A stretch of DNA of 64,000 nucleotides from Lama guanicoe (taxonomy: Eukaryota): contig MU053881.1 in the NCBI GenBank assembly GCA_013239625.1, positions 15,926,373 to 15,990,372 on the forward strand. The letters are read 5' to 3'. A program made the translations under genes and the position numbers. Position 1 is the first letter of the stretch. Each line of letters opens with the position of its first letter. Shown piece by piece: positions 23,553-35,500 of the stretch. Under the pieces are notes generated by a model that saw nothing but the letters and a program-made list of their open reading frames with translations, ran no database searches and was not told where the DNA came from.

Positions 23553-26500
23553 ATGGGCTTGGCGATGGAGCATGGGGGGCCCTATTCACGGGCCGGGAGC
23601 AGCTCCAGGGGATGCTGGTATTATCTCCGCTACTTTTTCCTCTTTGTCTCGCTCATCCAGTTCCTCATCATCCTGGGCCTCGTCCTCTTCATGGTCTACG
23701 GCAACGTGCACGTGGGCACGGAGTCCAACCTCCAGGCCACCGAGCGCCGGGCGGACGGCCTGTACGGCCAAGTGATGGGGCTCACGGCCTCCCAGGCCAA
23801 CCTGTCCAAGGAGCTCAACCTCACTGCCCGAGCCAAGGATGCCATCATGCAGATGCTTCTGAACGCCCGGCGAGACCAGGACCGAATCAATGCCAGCTTC
23901 CGCCAGTGCCAGGCGGACCGGGTAAGGGCTGAACACTCGCCCTGGGGACTCTGGGTGGTCACCTCACCTCTCTGAGCTTCACTTTACTCATCCATGAGAC
24001 AGGGACAGTCACGAACTCTACAGTTTGCATGAGAAGCCCACATCACTAAGCAATGCATATTTTGTTTGTATAAGTATATCCCGTGCAATATTTGGGACAT
24101 ACTTAGACTCAAAAAAGTAATTTGTTGTCTACCTGGAATTCAAGTTTAACTGGGCATCTGGTCTGTTCACAGGCCTGGGTTCATGACTTAGTAGGCATAA
24201 AACACCCAGAATGTGCCAGCACACACCAGCTGCAAGTAAAAACTGGCTTAATAAATACTCAGAGCATTTGGTTCTTACTCTGTAATAACAAGTATGAATG
24301 GCTTAGATTTGCCTGATGCTGGGAGTCTGCTTTGGAAATGTTATCGCTTCACTGAATCCCAAGAGGTAGGGAGAGTCTCTAAACCCTTCTGTGGACAGGG
24401 AGATGGAGACCTGAGAGAGGAGGCTTTCGAGGGGAGTGGGAGGGCAGACACCAGTGGCCTTGGGTCTTGTAGAGACTGCCACCCTCTCCACCCCCAGATC
24501 CCGTCAGACTCACTCAACACTGTCCCCATGTTCTCACACACGCAATTCCTTTGGGAGATCCTGCTGCTGGGAGACACTGAGGAGAGGGGCCCCTCCTCAG
24601 GCCTTGGCTGGAATGGGGTGAAGGACAGAGAGGTCAAGGAAAGGGAAGTTTGGATGGGGGCAGTCTCGGTTTCGCCCACAGGAGGCATCTGGCTGGTTGG
24701 GGAGGGGGCAGTGGGAAGGAAAGGCATTTTCTGGGGCTTCAGACTACCCAGCCCCCGCCACCTGGCAGGAAGGGTGTGGAAGGGTGTGCAAGCGTCCCCT
24801 CAGACCTGCCCAGGGAAGGGAAGGATTGTGTCTCCCGCATTTAGATCCCCAGGGTGGGGCAGTTCCCTCTCAGACCCCCAGAATGGGGTAAGTCCCCTGC
24901 TCAGATCCTCAGGGAAGGGCAAGTCCCCCTTAGATCCTCAGAATGAGGTGAGTCCCCACCCAGCCCCACCCAAAGGAGGCAGCTCCCCCCTCAGATCCTC
25001 AGGGTAGAGGGTAGAGGGCCATGTACCCCCTCAAATCCCCCAAGGCTGGAGTAGAGGGGCTCGAACTTCTCAGTTTCCGGGAATTGGCCCATTTGGAGTT
25101 TTCAGGACACGCACGGCCTTCCGGTCCAGGAGCCATGAGGAATGCTAGGATCATAAAGTTTGAGACACTCCCATGCATCTTGGAATCCTGGACTCCCCCA
25201 TCTTAGAATATTAGAAATCTAAGATTCTGGGTCTTTACAACTTTATAATTTGAAAATTATAGGGTTTTTTTCCCCTCTCAAGTTGACAAATTCCTCTGGC
25301 CTGGAATCCCTAAGGGTTTTCTTCAGAAACCCCCAGGAAGGGGGCGCTGGTGCTGGGAAATAGCCTCAACCCCTGCCACCCCTTCCACAGGCAGCCCCAG
25401 GAGTCTGATGGTAGCAAGTACGAATCTTGGTCTTTCTCCAATCCTGGTGTTGTTATGAAACAGGATTTTTAAGTTCTCTACAAATGCAACGTCATTTCTG
25501 GCCCTGAGACCCTGGAAGAGAAAGGGGAGATTAACTCAGTGGGGGTTTTTTAGGGTATGCCCCACCCCTGCCTGTGTCAAGGCGCCAGGACCCCAACCTG
25601 GGGTTGCATACAGGAGAGCGAAGCAGCATTTGGGGGCCACTTTTTGTCACTTCCTCTGACTGGAAGAGAACTTCTTTCTTGCCCATCTTTGGATCCAGCT
25701 CACACCTGCAGATCTTTCCCTTCTGTAGTTAAGGCTTTTGAGAGCAGAAGTCACTGAAATTTTCAGAGCTAATTCTATCTTCTCCCAACCCCCAGTGGTT
25801 AGCACAGGGCCAGCTTCCAAAGAAATCAGGACAAGAAGCAACAGAAAGGCAAACCCTCTAGGCTCTTCACACCTTGACTTGCTCATTTTTTTTTAATTGA
25901 AGTGTAGTTGATTACAATGTTAGTTTCAGGTGTAAAGCAAAGTGATTCAGTTATACACATACATACTTTTTTTTTCTTTTCAGATTTTTTTCGTTATATG
26001 TTATTACAAGAAATTGAACATAATTCTCTTTGTTTATTTTATATATGTAATGTATGTCTGTTAATCCCCAACCCCTAACTTATCCTCCCCGCCCTTTCCC
26101 CTTTCGTAACCATAGTTTGTTCTCAATGTACATGAGTCTGTTTTCGGTTTATAAACAGAATTTGTATTTTTTTTAGATTCCACATATAAGTGATATCATA
26201 CATTTGTCTTTCTCTGTCTGACTTCACTCAATATGATCATCTCTAAGTCCATCTATGTTGCTGGAAATCACATCTTGACTTGTTATACTTCTGCAGCGGG
26301 TTCTGTTCCAAAGTTTGAAAGGCACAACCTTTGTTTGTAAAAACCTAATAAAACTTATAAAAATGCCATTCACATGCCATACAATTGGCCCATTTCAAGT
26401 GGACATAAAAATGATTTTTAGTACATTCACAGAGTTGTGCAACCACCATCACAGTTAATTTTAGAACCTTTCCATCACCCCAAAAAGAAACCCTGTGCCC

Positions 26501-29500
26501 GTTAGTAGCCATTTCCTGTCCTCCCCGCCCCCAGTCCCTGACAACCACTAATCTGCTTTCTGTTTCTACAGATTTGCTTATTCTAAATATTGAGTCTAAA
26601 CAGAATCATACGTTCTGTGATCTTTGGGTCTGGATTCTCGGACTCAGCATGTTGTTTTCAAGGTTCATCCACGTTGTCCTGTGCATCAGGGTTTCATTCC
26701 TTTTTGTGGCTGAATAATAGTCCACTCTATGGACTGTTTTATCCATTCATCTGCTGATGAAACACTTGGAGTGTTTCTACCTGTTGGCTCTGGTGACTCG
26801 TGCTGCTCTGCATGTTTGTGTGCAAGTTTTTGCGGGAACATACACTTCTGTTGCTCCTGGGTCTACACCTAGGAGTGGAATTGCTGGGTCATATTGTCAT
26901 TTTATGTTCAGCTTTTAGAAAAACTGCCAGACTGTTCTCCCAAGTGGTCCCACCATTACATTCCCGTCAGTACTGCCTGAGAATTCTGTTTCTCCACATC
27001 TTTCACCAATATTTTTACTATCTATTCTTATTTTTTGATAACCAATCGTTTTAAAATTTAGAAAATTTTTTTTTTCAGTGGAGGTACTGGAAATTGAACC
27101 CAGGACCTCATGCATGCTAAGCATGTGCTCTATCACTGAGCTGTACCCACTCCAAAAAATCAGTAATTTTTTTTAACTTAGGTTTTGGTTGTTGGTTTTT
27201 TTGTTTTTTGTTTTTTTGCTTTTGATAACAAATCCTTTTATTCTTATTTTTTGTTTTATTTATAGCCATCCTAAAGATCGTGAGGTAGTATCTCATGGTT
27301 TTCATTTGCATTTCCTGATGACTAAACATCTTTTGATGTGCTTCTGGACCTTCTGTATATGTTCTCGGGAGAAATGTCCAGTCAAACGTGTTTGTCCATT
27401 TCTCAATGGGATTGTCATTTTCTTATTGATTTGAAAAAGTTTGCCTTTATATATTCTGTTTACTAGTCTCATCATCAGATACATGAGTTGCAAACATGAG
27501 CTATGTGAGATTTTTCCCATCTATGGGTTGTTTTTTCCCTTTCTTGACGTTATCCTTTGAAGCACAGAAGTTTTTAATTTTCATGAAGTCCAATTTATCC
27601 GTTTTTTTGTCTTTTGTTGCTTGTGTTTTTGGTGTCATATCTAAGAAACCATTGCCAAATCCAAGGCCATGCAGACTGAACACTTATGTTTTCTTCTAAG
27701 GAGTTTTATAGTTCTAGCCTTTACATTTAGGTCTTAGATCCATTTGGAGCTAATTTTTGTATACGGCGTGAGGTAGAGGTCCAAATTCATTCCTTAGTAC
27801 ATGGCTGTCCCGCTGTGCCAGCATCATTTGTCCAAAAGACTCTTCCCTCCCATGAAATGATCTTGGCACCTGTGTATGTTTGCTAGAGCTGCCTTCACAA
27901 AGTACCACAGATCAGGTGGCTTAAATAACAGAAATTTATTTTTGCCCATACACGAGATCAAGATATTGGCAGAATTGTTTTGTTCCTGGGGCCATCAGGG
28001 AAGGATCTGTTCCAGGCCTCTCTCCTTGGCTTGTAGACGGCTGTCTTCTCCTCGTGTCTTTACATCATCTTCCCTCTGTGCATGTCTGGGTGTCCAGACT
28101 TCTTCTTATAAAGACACCAGTCATACTGGATTAGGGCCCACCCTAAGGACCTCCTCTTAACCACCCCTTTAAAGACTCTGTCTCCAAATACATTTACTTT
28201 CTGAGGTCCCGAGGGTTAGGGCTTCCACACAGGAATTTGAGGTGGGGGACACAATTCAGCCCATATCTGCATCCTTGTCAAAAGTCAGTTTTTGATTGGC
28301 TGTCAATGGGAATTAATGTTTTCAAGGTTCATCCAGGTTGTAGCATGTAGCTTTGTTCCTTTTTATGGCCAAATAGTATTCATCGTAACAACTTTTGAAG
28401 ATTGGCCCACCATCCCCTGCAAAGAAGCCATGTTCTTGGAAACTATGCCAACACAGACCACCCAGGTACCAGATCTGGGGCCCCAGCCCTAAGGGTCTGG
28501 GCAGCCCAGGGAGGCAGGAGGTCCTGCAGGAGCTGGTCACTGAGCTCTGTCCTGTGTCCCATCTGGGCAGGTGATCTACATGAACAACCAGCGGTACATG
28601 GCCGCCATCATCTTGAGTGAGAAACAATGCCAAGAACATTTCAAGGAGACTAACAAGTCCTGCGAAGGTGAGTGCTGTGGGCAGCAGAGAGCGGGTTAGC
28701 AGACACCCCGCCCAGTCTCTTGGCAACTCCCGCAACCTTCCTGAGTCTTATCGTCCTATACCCATAGCTTTGACCCTCATGCTGAACCAGAAAGCCAAGA
28801 CACTGGAGATGGAGCTGGCAAAGGAGAAGGTGATATGCACTAAAGACAAGGATGGCCTGGCACTGGGCAAGCGAGTGGTGGAGGAGCAGCTGGCCGAGTG
28901 CAGCAAAGCCCGGGAACAGCAGCAGCAGGAGCGACAGCTGGCCGAGAACCAGCTGCAGCGGGTGCAGACCCTCTGCCTCCCTCTGGATAAGGACAAGTTT
29001 GAGGCAGAGCTGTACAGACTCTGGAGGGACTCCATCATCCCACGCTCCCTTGATAACCTGGGCTACGGCATATTCCACCCCATCGGCTCAGAAGTGGCCT
29101 CCATCCGGAGAATCTGTGACCAGATGCCTGCCCTCATGAGCACCAAGGTGGAGGAGCTGGCCCGGAGCTTGCGGGCTGGCATTGATCGCGTGGCCCGAGA
29201 AAACTCGGATCTCCAGCGCCAGAAGCTGGAGGTCGAGCAGGCCCTGCGAGCCAGTCAGGAGGCCAAGGAGAAGGTGGAGAAGGAGGCCCAGGCCCGGGAG
29301 GCCAAGCTCCAGGCCGAATGTGCCCGGCAGACCCAGCTGGCCCTGGAGGAGAAGGCGACACTGCGGAAGGAGCGGGACAACCTGGCCAAAGAGCTAGAGG
29401 AGAAGAAACGAGAGGCTGAGCATCTCAAGATGCAACTGGCCGTCAGCAACTCGGCCCTGGACACATGCATCAAGGCCAAGGTGGGCTGACGGGCCCTGGA

Positions 29501-32500
29501 TTCAGGTTGCACTGAGGGGGAGGTGTCTAGAGGCCAAGTTGGGTTGGTGGTGATGTTGGACTTGGGTTTGAATTTAGTGGGGAGTGTTTATTGCTTTTTT
29601 TTAACTTGGTTTTGAGGTCGGCTTCCCAGTCTAGGTTGTGTAAGTTAGGACTCCCTCGAGACTTTCACTGACATTAAGGTTGGGGAGGAGTTGAGAATGG
29701 GGATCAACACTGAGAAAGGGTGTGGGGTTATGACTGGAGTTGAAGGTACGGTGGCTGTCGGGTCCAGGGTTGAGTGACGGGTGAATAAAATTGCAGTTAC
29801 TTTGGGAGTGGGTTGAGTTAAGGCACTGAATGTGGATTTAGAATAGATGCTAGAATCAAACACAGATGACTGGTGAGCCTCAAAATTGGCTTAGGATTTG
29901 AATTAGAGATTCACCGAGGGCTGGTTTTAGGGTTGGGATGCGTTTGAGTTGAGCTGAAGCATCGAGGGGCTCTGGGTTAGAGTTGGGAGTGACATTGGGG
30001 TTAGGGTAAAGGTTAAGGCAGATCTAGAGAAAGACTCGAAGCAGGTGCTAAATTTGTGTTTAGAACTGAGTGGACTTGAATTCTTGGCGACTCCTATATC
30101 TAGAGTTGGTTTGGGTTAAGATTAGGGGTTCCATTTAAGATTTCATTAGTCTTAGAACTGGGTTGAGTTTGGAGTTTGTATTATGAGGAAAAACTAATAG
30201 CTGGGTCAGGGGGTCGCTTGCAAGGTAGCCGTTGGGTCTAGGGTCGGGTGAGAAAGGAATCCAAAGTTTCAGTGGCTTTGGGATTGTGTTAAGTTGAGGC
30301 TCAGATGAGTGTAGGTGGCTGGTGGGTCTAGAGATGCTTGAAAGTTTGGGGCCAAGAGTAGATTCAGGATTACATGGGCATTAGGGTTGGGATTGGCATT
30401 GACTATGTTAGGAGTTGAGACTGGATTGGGTTTAGGGTGTCTGGTTGGGGGTTGAGTTGGGCTAGCTTTGGGATATATTTGAGGTGAAGGATTAGCTGAC
30501 CCTGACTTAGGAGAGGGATATACTGGGGTTCACATAAAGGTCAAGACTGGGTGTAGAGTAGAAGCTGTGTGGTTGGTAATCTTGGGCTGGAGCTGGGTTG
30601 GGGTTCCGGCTCAGGTAGAGGCTGAGTTCTAAGGCTGAGCTGGCCTTGAGCATGGTGTTGGGAAGGTATTTGTGGGTGGCCATAGTGGAGCCCAGGGCTG
30701 GGGCTGGGGGAACGGGATTGGGAGTAGATTTTTCATAGTGGCCGGGTCTAGGGGGATGAGTTAGATGAAAGAGAGTTAGATGAAAGTTATGGCCAAGTCA
30801 GGTTTGTCATTGGGACCAGATTTAGGTCAGGGTTTGATTCTGAGGAAGGTTCTGTTTTCATGTTGGGAACAGATTTTAGCTGATTGAGTTCAGAACTGGC
30901 CTTGGATTTCAGGCTTAGGGGGTTTAGTTCAGGGTTGTTCAAGGATGGCATTGAGGATGGAGGTCAGGTTGGTTTACAGAACAGGTTAGCATCAGTCCAG
31001 AGGGAAGCTGGTTTGGGTGAATGTACTCAGCTGGGGTCATGGATTGGAGTCAGGTTGGCCCTGAGGCTGTAATGGAGACCAAGGCAGGACCCCTGCAGAG
31101 AGGGGTCTCTGAGGCACAGCCAAGGGAAGCCCGTCCCTGGAGTCCCCAGTCATTTGAGGAAGGTGGCTACAGGTGATATCACATGTGTCCTTCTCCGTGG
31201 GTATCTGTCTGTTTCTCTGCCCTGGAGGGAACTCAGACCCAGGTCTCCAAGGGCGTGGAGGGGCAGGAGCCTCCCCGGGATGCATGTTCAAGGGCCTCCA
31301 CCAACCTCTTTTCATCCTTCTTTCCACAGTCGCAGCCGATACCCTTGCCAAGACCTGTGGTCCCTGTCCCCAACCCCCCACCCATCGGTGAGTGACAGAG
31401 GGCAGAACCAGGAAAGAGGGGCAGATTCCACATTGAATCCTGGGTTGCAGGCCCATCTCTAGCCCAGGAGCTGGAGCTACTAAGGCATTAGGTCGGAGCT
31501 GACCCCTCTCTCTTTTGGCAGACCCAGCTGGCCTGGAGGAATTCAAGAGGAGGATCCTGGAGTCCCAGAGGCCCTCTGCCGGTAGCTCCATAGCCTCATC
31601 CAGGTGAGGCTCTCGGGCAGGCTGAGACAGTTCAGTCTTAGGGCTTTGGATGAGGCTGCGTACAGGACTAGGGTGGAGCAATGCTCGTCTCACACTTGTT
31701 GCTTCCTTAATTGAGCACCTGCTGTATACTAGGCCCTATGCTGGGCCCAGGGGACACAACAGTGACCAAGACACACACAGTTCTGTTCATGAAACTCCCT
31801 GAATACTGGGCCAGAGAGACACTGAAGGAGGTAGGATAAGAAGGGTGTCCAAGAGTCTACCGTTATTGGGCGCTTACTGTGATCCTGGCACTGTCCTAAG
31901 CACCCTGCCCGACTAACTCATTTAATCTTCAGAAATCTGGAGGGAGGGTATAGCTCAGTGGTAGAGTGTGTGCTTAGCATGCACGAGGTCCTGGGTTCAA
32001 CCCCTAGTACCTCCGTCAAAATTAACAAATAAACCTAATAAGTCCCCCACCCCCCCAAAAAAAATCTTCAGAATTCCAATCAGTGGGAGAGCTACTGTTA
32101 TCCCCACTTTCTGGATGAAGCAAATGAGGCCCAGAGAGGGTAAACATTGTGCCCCAGGTCACACAGTCAGGAAGTGGCAGAGCTGAGACATAAACTCAGG
32201 TGCTGACTCCAGACAGCCAAAGGAGGGCCTCAGTGAGGAAGGGGCCCTTGAGCTGGAGGTTGGACAGGAGCCAACCTGGAGAAAGGCTGAGGGGACCAGC
32301 ACTCAGAGTGCCATGAACAGCCAGAGCAAAGGTCTTGGGGCCAGACTAGAGTGGCAGAAGGTGACAGGAGCCAAGGCAGGAGAGAAGGGAGAGCGGAGTT
32401 GGGGAGTGACCCTGGGCCTCTCATTCCACCCTTCTGAGTCTTACTTGTTTTGTTTTTCTTCTTTTTTTTTTTTATTTTGACCGGGGAGGTAATTAGGTTT

Positions 32501-35500
32501 ATTTATTTGCTTATTTAATGGAAGTACTGGGGATCGAACCCAGGACCTCGTGCATGCTAAGCACACACTCTAAACTGAGCTATACCCTCCCCCTGAGCCT
32601 CACTTTCCACCTCTACAAAAAGGGGGTCTCTGAAATGAAGGGCATGAAATGCTGTGCCAACTGTAAAGTGCTTTCCACAAATGGCCAGAGCAAGGGACCT
32701 GGGGTCTCTGCAGGAGCATCAAGGGTGGCTGGCACACGTTCAGGTCATAGCTCGATGCCTTTGTCCCCCTCACTGCCTCCTGGAACCCAGTCATCCGCTG
32801 GACAACACCCTGTGCGTCACGGGGAAGGTGACTCAGGCCACGGCCACAAGAACACCCTGTGCTCCCTCCAGGGCCCTTTCAGGACCACACTGCTGACATA
32901 GGAGTCCCAGATTGGCCCTCCCATTTGTGGATTAGGACCTGAGGCTCAAGGAGGCATCTGGGATTTTTTTCAGATCCCTTTGACCCCAAACCCTGTACCA
33001 TCCAAGGTTTTGCCACCAAGCTATTGTCAAAACCTGGGTCTGTTTCAGCCTGAGGGAGCTCAACAAAGTCCTTGGGGGCCAAAAAACCTTCCAGAGGTCT
33101 GTCACCAACTCCCCGGTGTTCTCCACTCAGTTCTGTCTTCACTATGCCTCTTCTTACATACCCCCTGTGACAGGGAGCTCACCCCCTTGCAGAACTGGTC
33201 CCTGCGCTCTGGATGGCTTGGCCTGGGAGAAATCCCTTAGCCTCAGGCAGCCCCCAGAGAGGGAAGCAAGTGGGTAGAGAAAAGACCCTGCTCCAAGCAA
33301 ACATAGTTTTCCTCACTCCATCTTGGCCTAAAGCCAGCAAGGCAAGGAAGGAGGTTCTATTATTATCCCCATTTCTCAGAGGAGGAAACTGAGGCCCCAG
33401 GGAAGTGATCAGCCCAGGGTCATGCGTCAGCAGGTCAGAATCGGAGCCAGGCGCCCAGCCCAGGCCTGTCCAGGTCCCAGCTGAGAACCGGGAAAGCTCT
33501 TGACATTGTTTACCCCAAGTGACATCCCCCTGTGGAGGAAACAATGCGTGCTTAAGCCCAGAGCCCCTCCTGCTCCTCTCTGCAGGGTCACAGGAAGGGC
33601 CTCTGGCCTGCGGGCTCCAACCTTGATTCGTCTTCCCCTGAGAAAGGGGCTGGGATGAACAGGCTGGGGTCTTCAGCTCTGGATGAGTCCCAGCTCGGCC
33701 AGGCACACACTGGGCAGCCAGGGAACGAGTAAATTGTAACATGCGAATTTTAGAGGCACCCGGTAGGGGACCAGATAGGAGGCCCAGCATCCCAGCATCA
33801 AATCATTCGCCCGTTGGAGGAATTGTTGATTTTTTTCCCCCACTCTTTTTCCTCCTGGGCTTCGAGAAAGTTTCCACTGGTGCTAACTCACCCTAACACC
33901 TCCCAGACCCCTTCAGCTCTCCCGTGTCCACATAGGGAGGGCAGACCCAGGGCCCGCACAAGTACAAGGTGTTGCTTTATTTTTTTTTTGGCAGGGGTAG
34001 GTTTTTAATGGAGGTACTGGGGCTTGAATCCAGGACCTTGTGCATGCTAAGCATGTGCTCTACTGCTGAGCTATACCCTCCCCTCGCAAGGTCTTGCTTT
34101 TTAATTGAACGTTTATAAGTTGTTCTTTATTCATGACAAGTGCACCAGCTTTCCTTTACTTGGTAAGACTGTCCTTTGGAGATCAGCTTATTTAAGTCAA
34201 AAAAAAAAAAAGTCATGGACACGACAAATATTAAGTGAACATTGGTTTAGAGGCTATGTGGCTTGAGGCGGCAAAAATCACAACGTGGAAGGTTGAAGAT
34301 GAGCTTTCAGCCCTGGCTCTGAGCTGGGTACACAGCAAGTGTCAATTCAGGTTCACTACTCCCCTCGCCTTGCTTTTTAATTGAACGTTTATAAGTTGTT
34401 CTTTATTCATGACAAGTGCACCAGCTTTCCTTTACTTGGTAAGACTGTCCTTTGGAGATCAGCTTATTTAAGTCAAAAAAAAAAAAGTCATGGACACGAC
34501 AAATATTAAGTGAACATTGGTTTAGAGGCTATGTGGCTTGAGGCGGCAAAAATCACAACGTGGAAGGTTGAAGATGAGCTTTCAGCCCTGGCTCTGAGCT
34601 GGGTACACAGCAAGTGTCAATTCAGGTTCACTGATTTATTTTTTCATTCAACCCATGTTTCTTGAGCAGCTGCTGGGTGCTGAGGACACAGGGAAGAATA
34701 AGGCACAGCAATCCAAATCCTTCCCCTTGTGCGGCTCACAGTCTAGTGAGGGAGATGGATAACAAATCAGATAAATGAGCCACTACAGGGCCCCTTGGTG
34801 ATGGGTGAGACAGGAATGAGGAAGCTTGAGGAGATGGGAATATTCCATGGGGGAGGCCAGGGCAGGCTTTACCAAGGAGGTGTCATTTGAGCAGAATCCT
34901 AAAGGAGGTGAGGGGATTCTGGGAAAGGTACACCAGACAGTGAGCACAGTCTGCAAAGGCCCCGCAGCAGGGCTGTCTGTGCCTGGTAAGTTGGAGTGAG
35001 GAGGCTAGTGTGGCTGGAACAGAGTGATGGAGGGAAGTGGGAGGAGGTGAGGTCGGGGAGATGACAGGAGCAGATCGGGCATGGCCTGGTGGCTGTGTGA
35101 GGAGTTTGGGAGCCCAGGGAGGGCTATAAACAGCAGAGGATGGACCCAACTCAGGTATAGTCACAGGCTCATTCTGATCGCTGCTATTGGGGGGGGCGGT
35201 GAAGGTGGGAACCTGGGACCAGGCTGAAGACAACTGCCTTGGTCAGGTAAGTGATGGGACTTAGGAGCCTCAGTCTCTGAAAATGGCCAGGGATCACCCT
35301 CCCTTGCAGGCTGGCAGGCAGGAGAGGGTAAGGAATGTCTCACTTGGAGCTGGTGAATCCTGGTAGAAGACAGAGGCTGGAGCTGAGAAAGGGGGACCAG
35401 AGCCAGCCAAGGAACGTGAGGCTGCAGGGGGTGGGGTGGTGGCCCAGGGAAGAGCCAGGGAAGGAAGGGAGGGGGCCAGCGGAAGCGGGAATTGGCTGAG

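Noticed and set aside
22889..23932. 347-aa plus-strand ORF overlapping PLVAP exon 1
   Set aside because: Non-ATG start upstream of the PLVAP TATA box, in an alternative frame of exon 1; no protein-like features.
31939..32015. tRNA-like sequences (here and at eight other sites) as tRNA genes
   Set aside because: They have A/B boxes but continue into a shared AT-rich tail, several carry TSDs and the copies are diverged. They are SINE heads, not tRNAs.
34093..34632. CRISPR-like or other prokaryotic repeat system
   Set aside because: The window is intron-containing mammalian DNA; the repeats are a two-copy duplication and minisatellites with no repeat-spacer architecture or cas genes.
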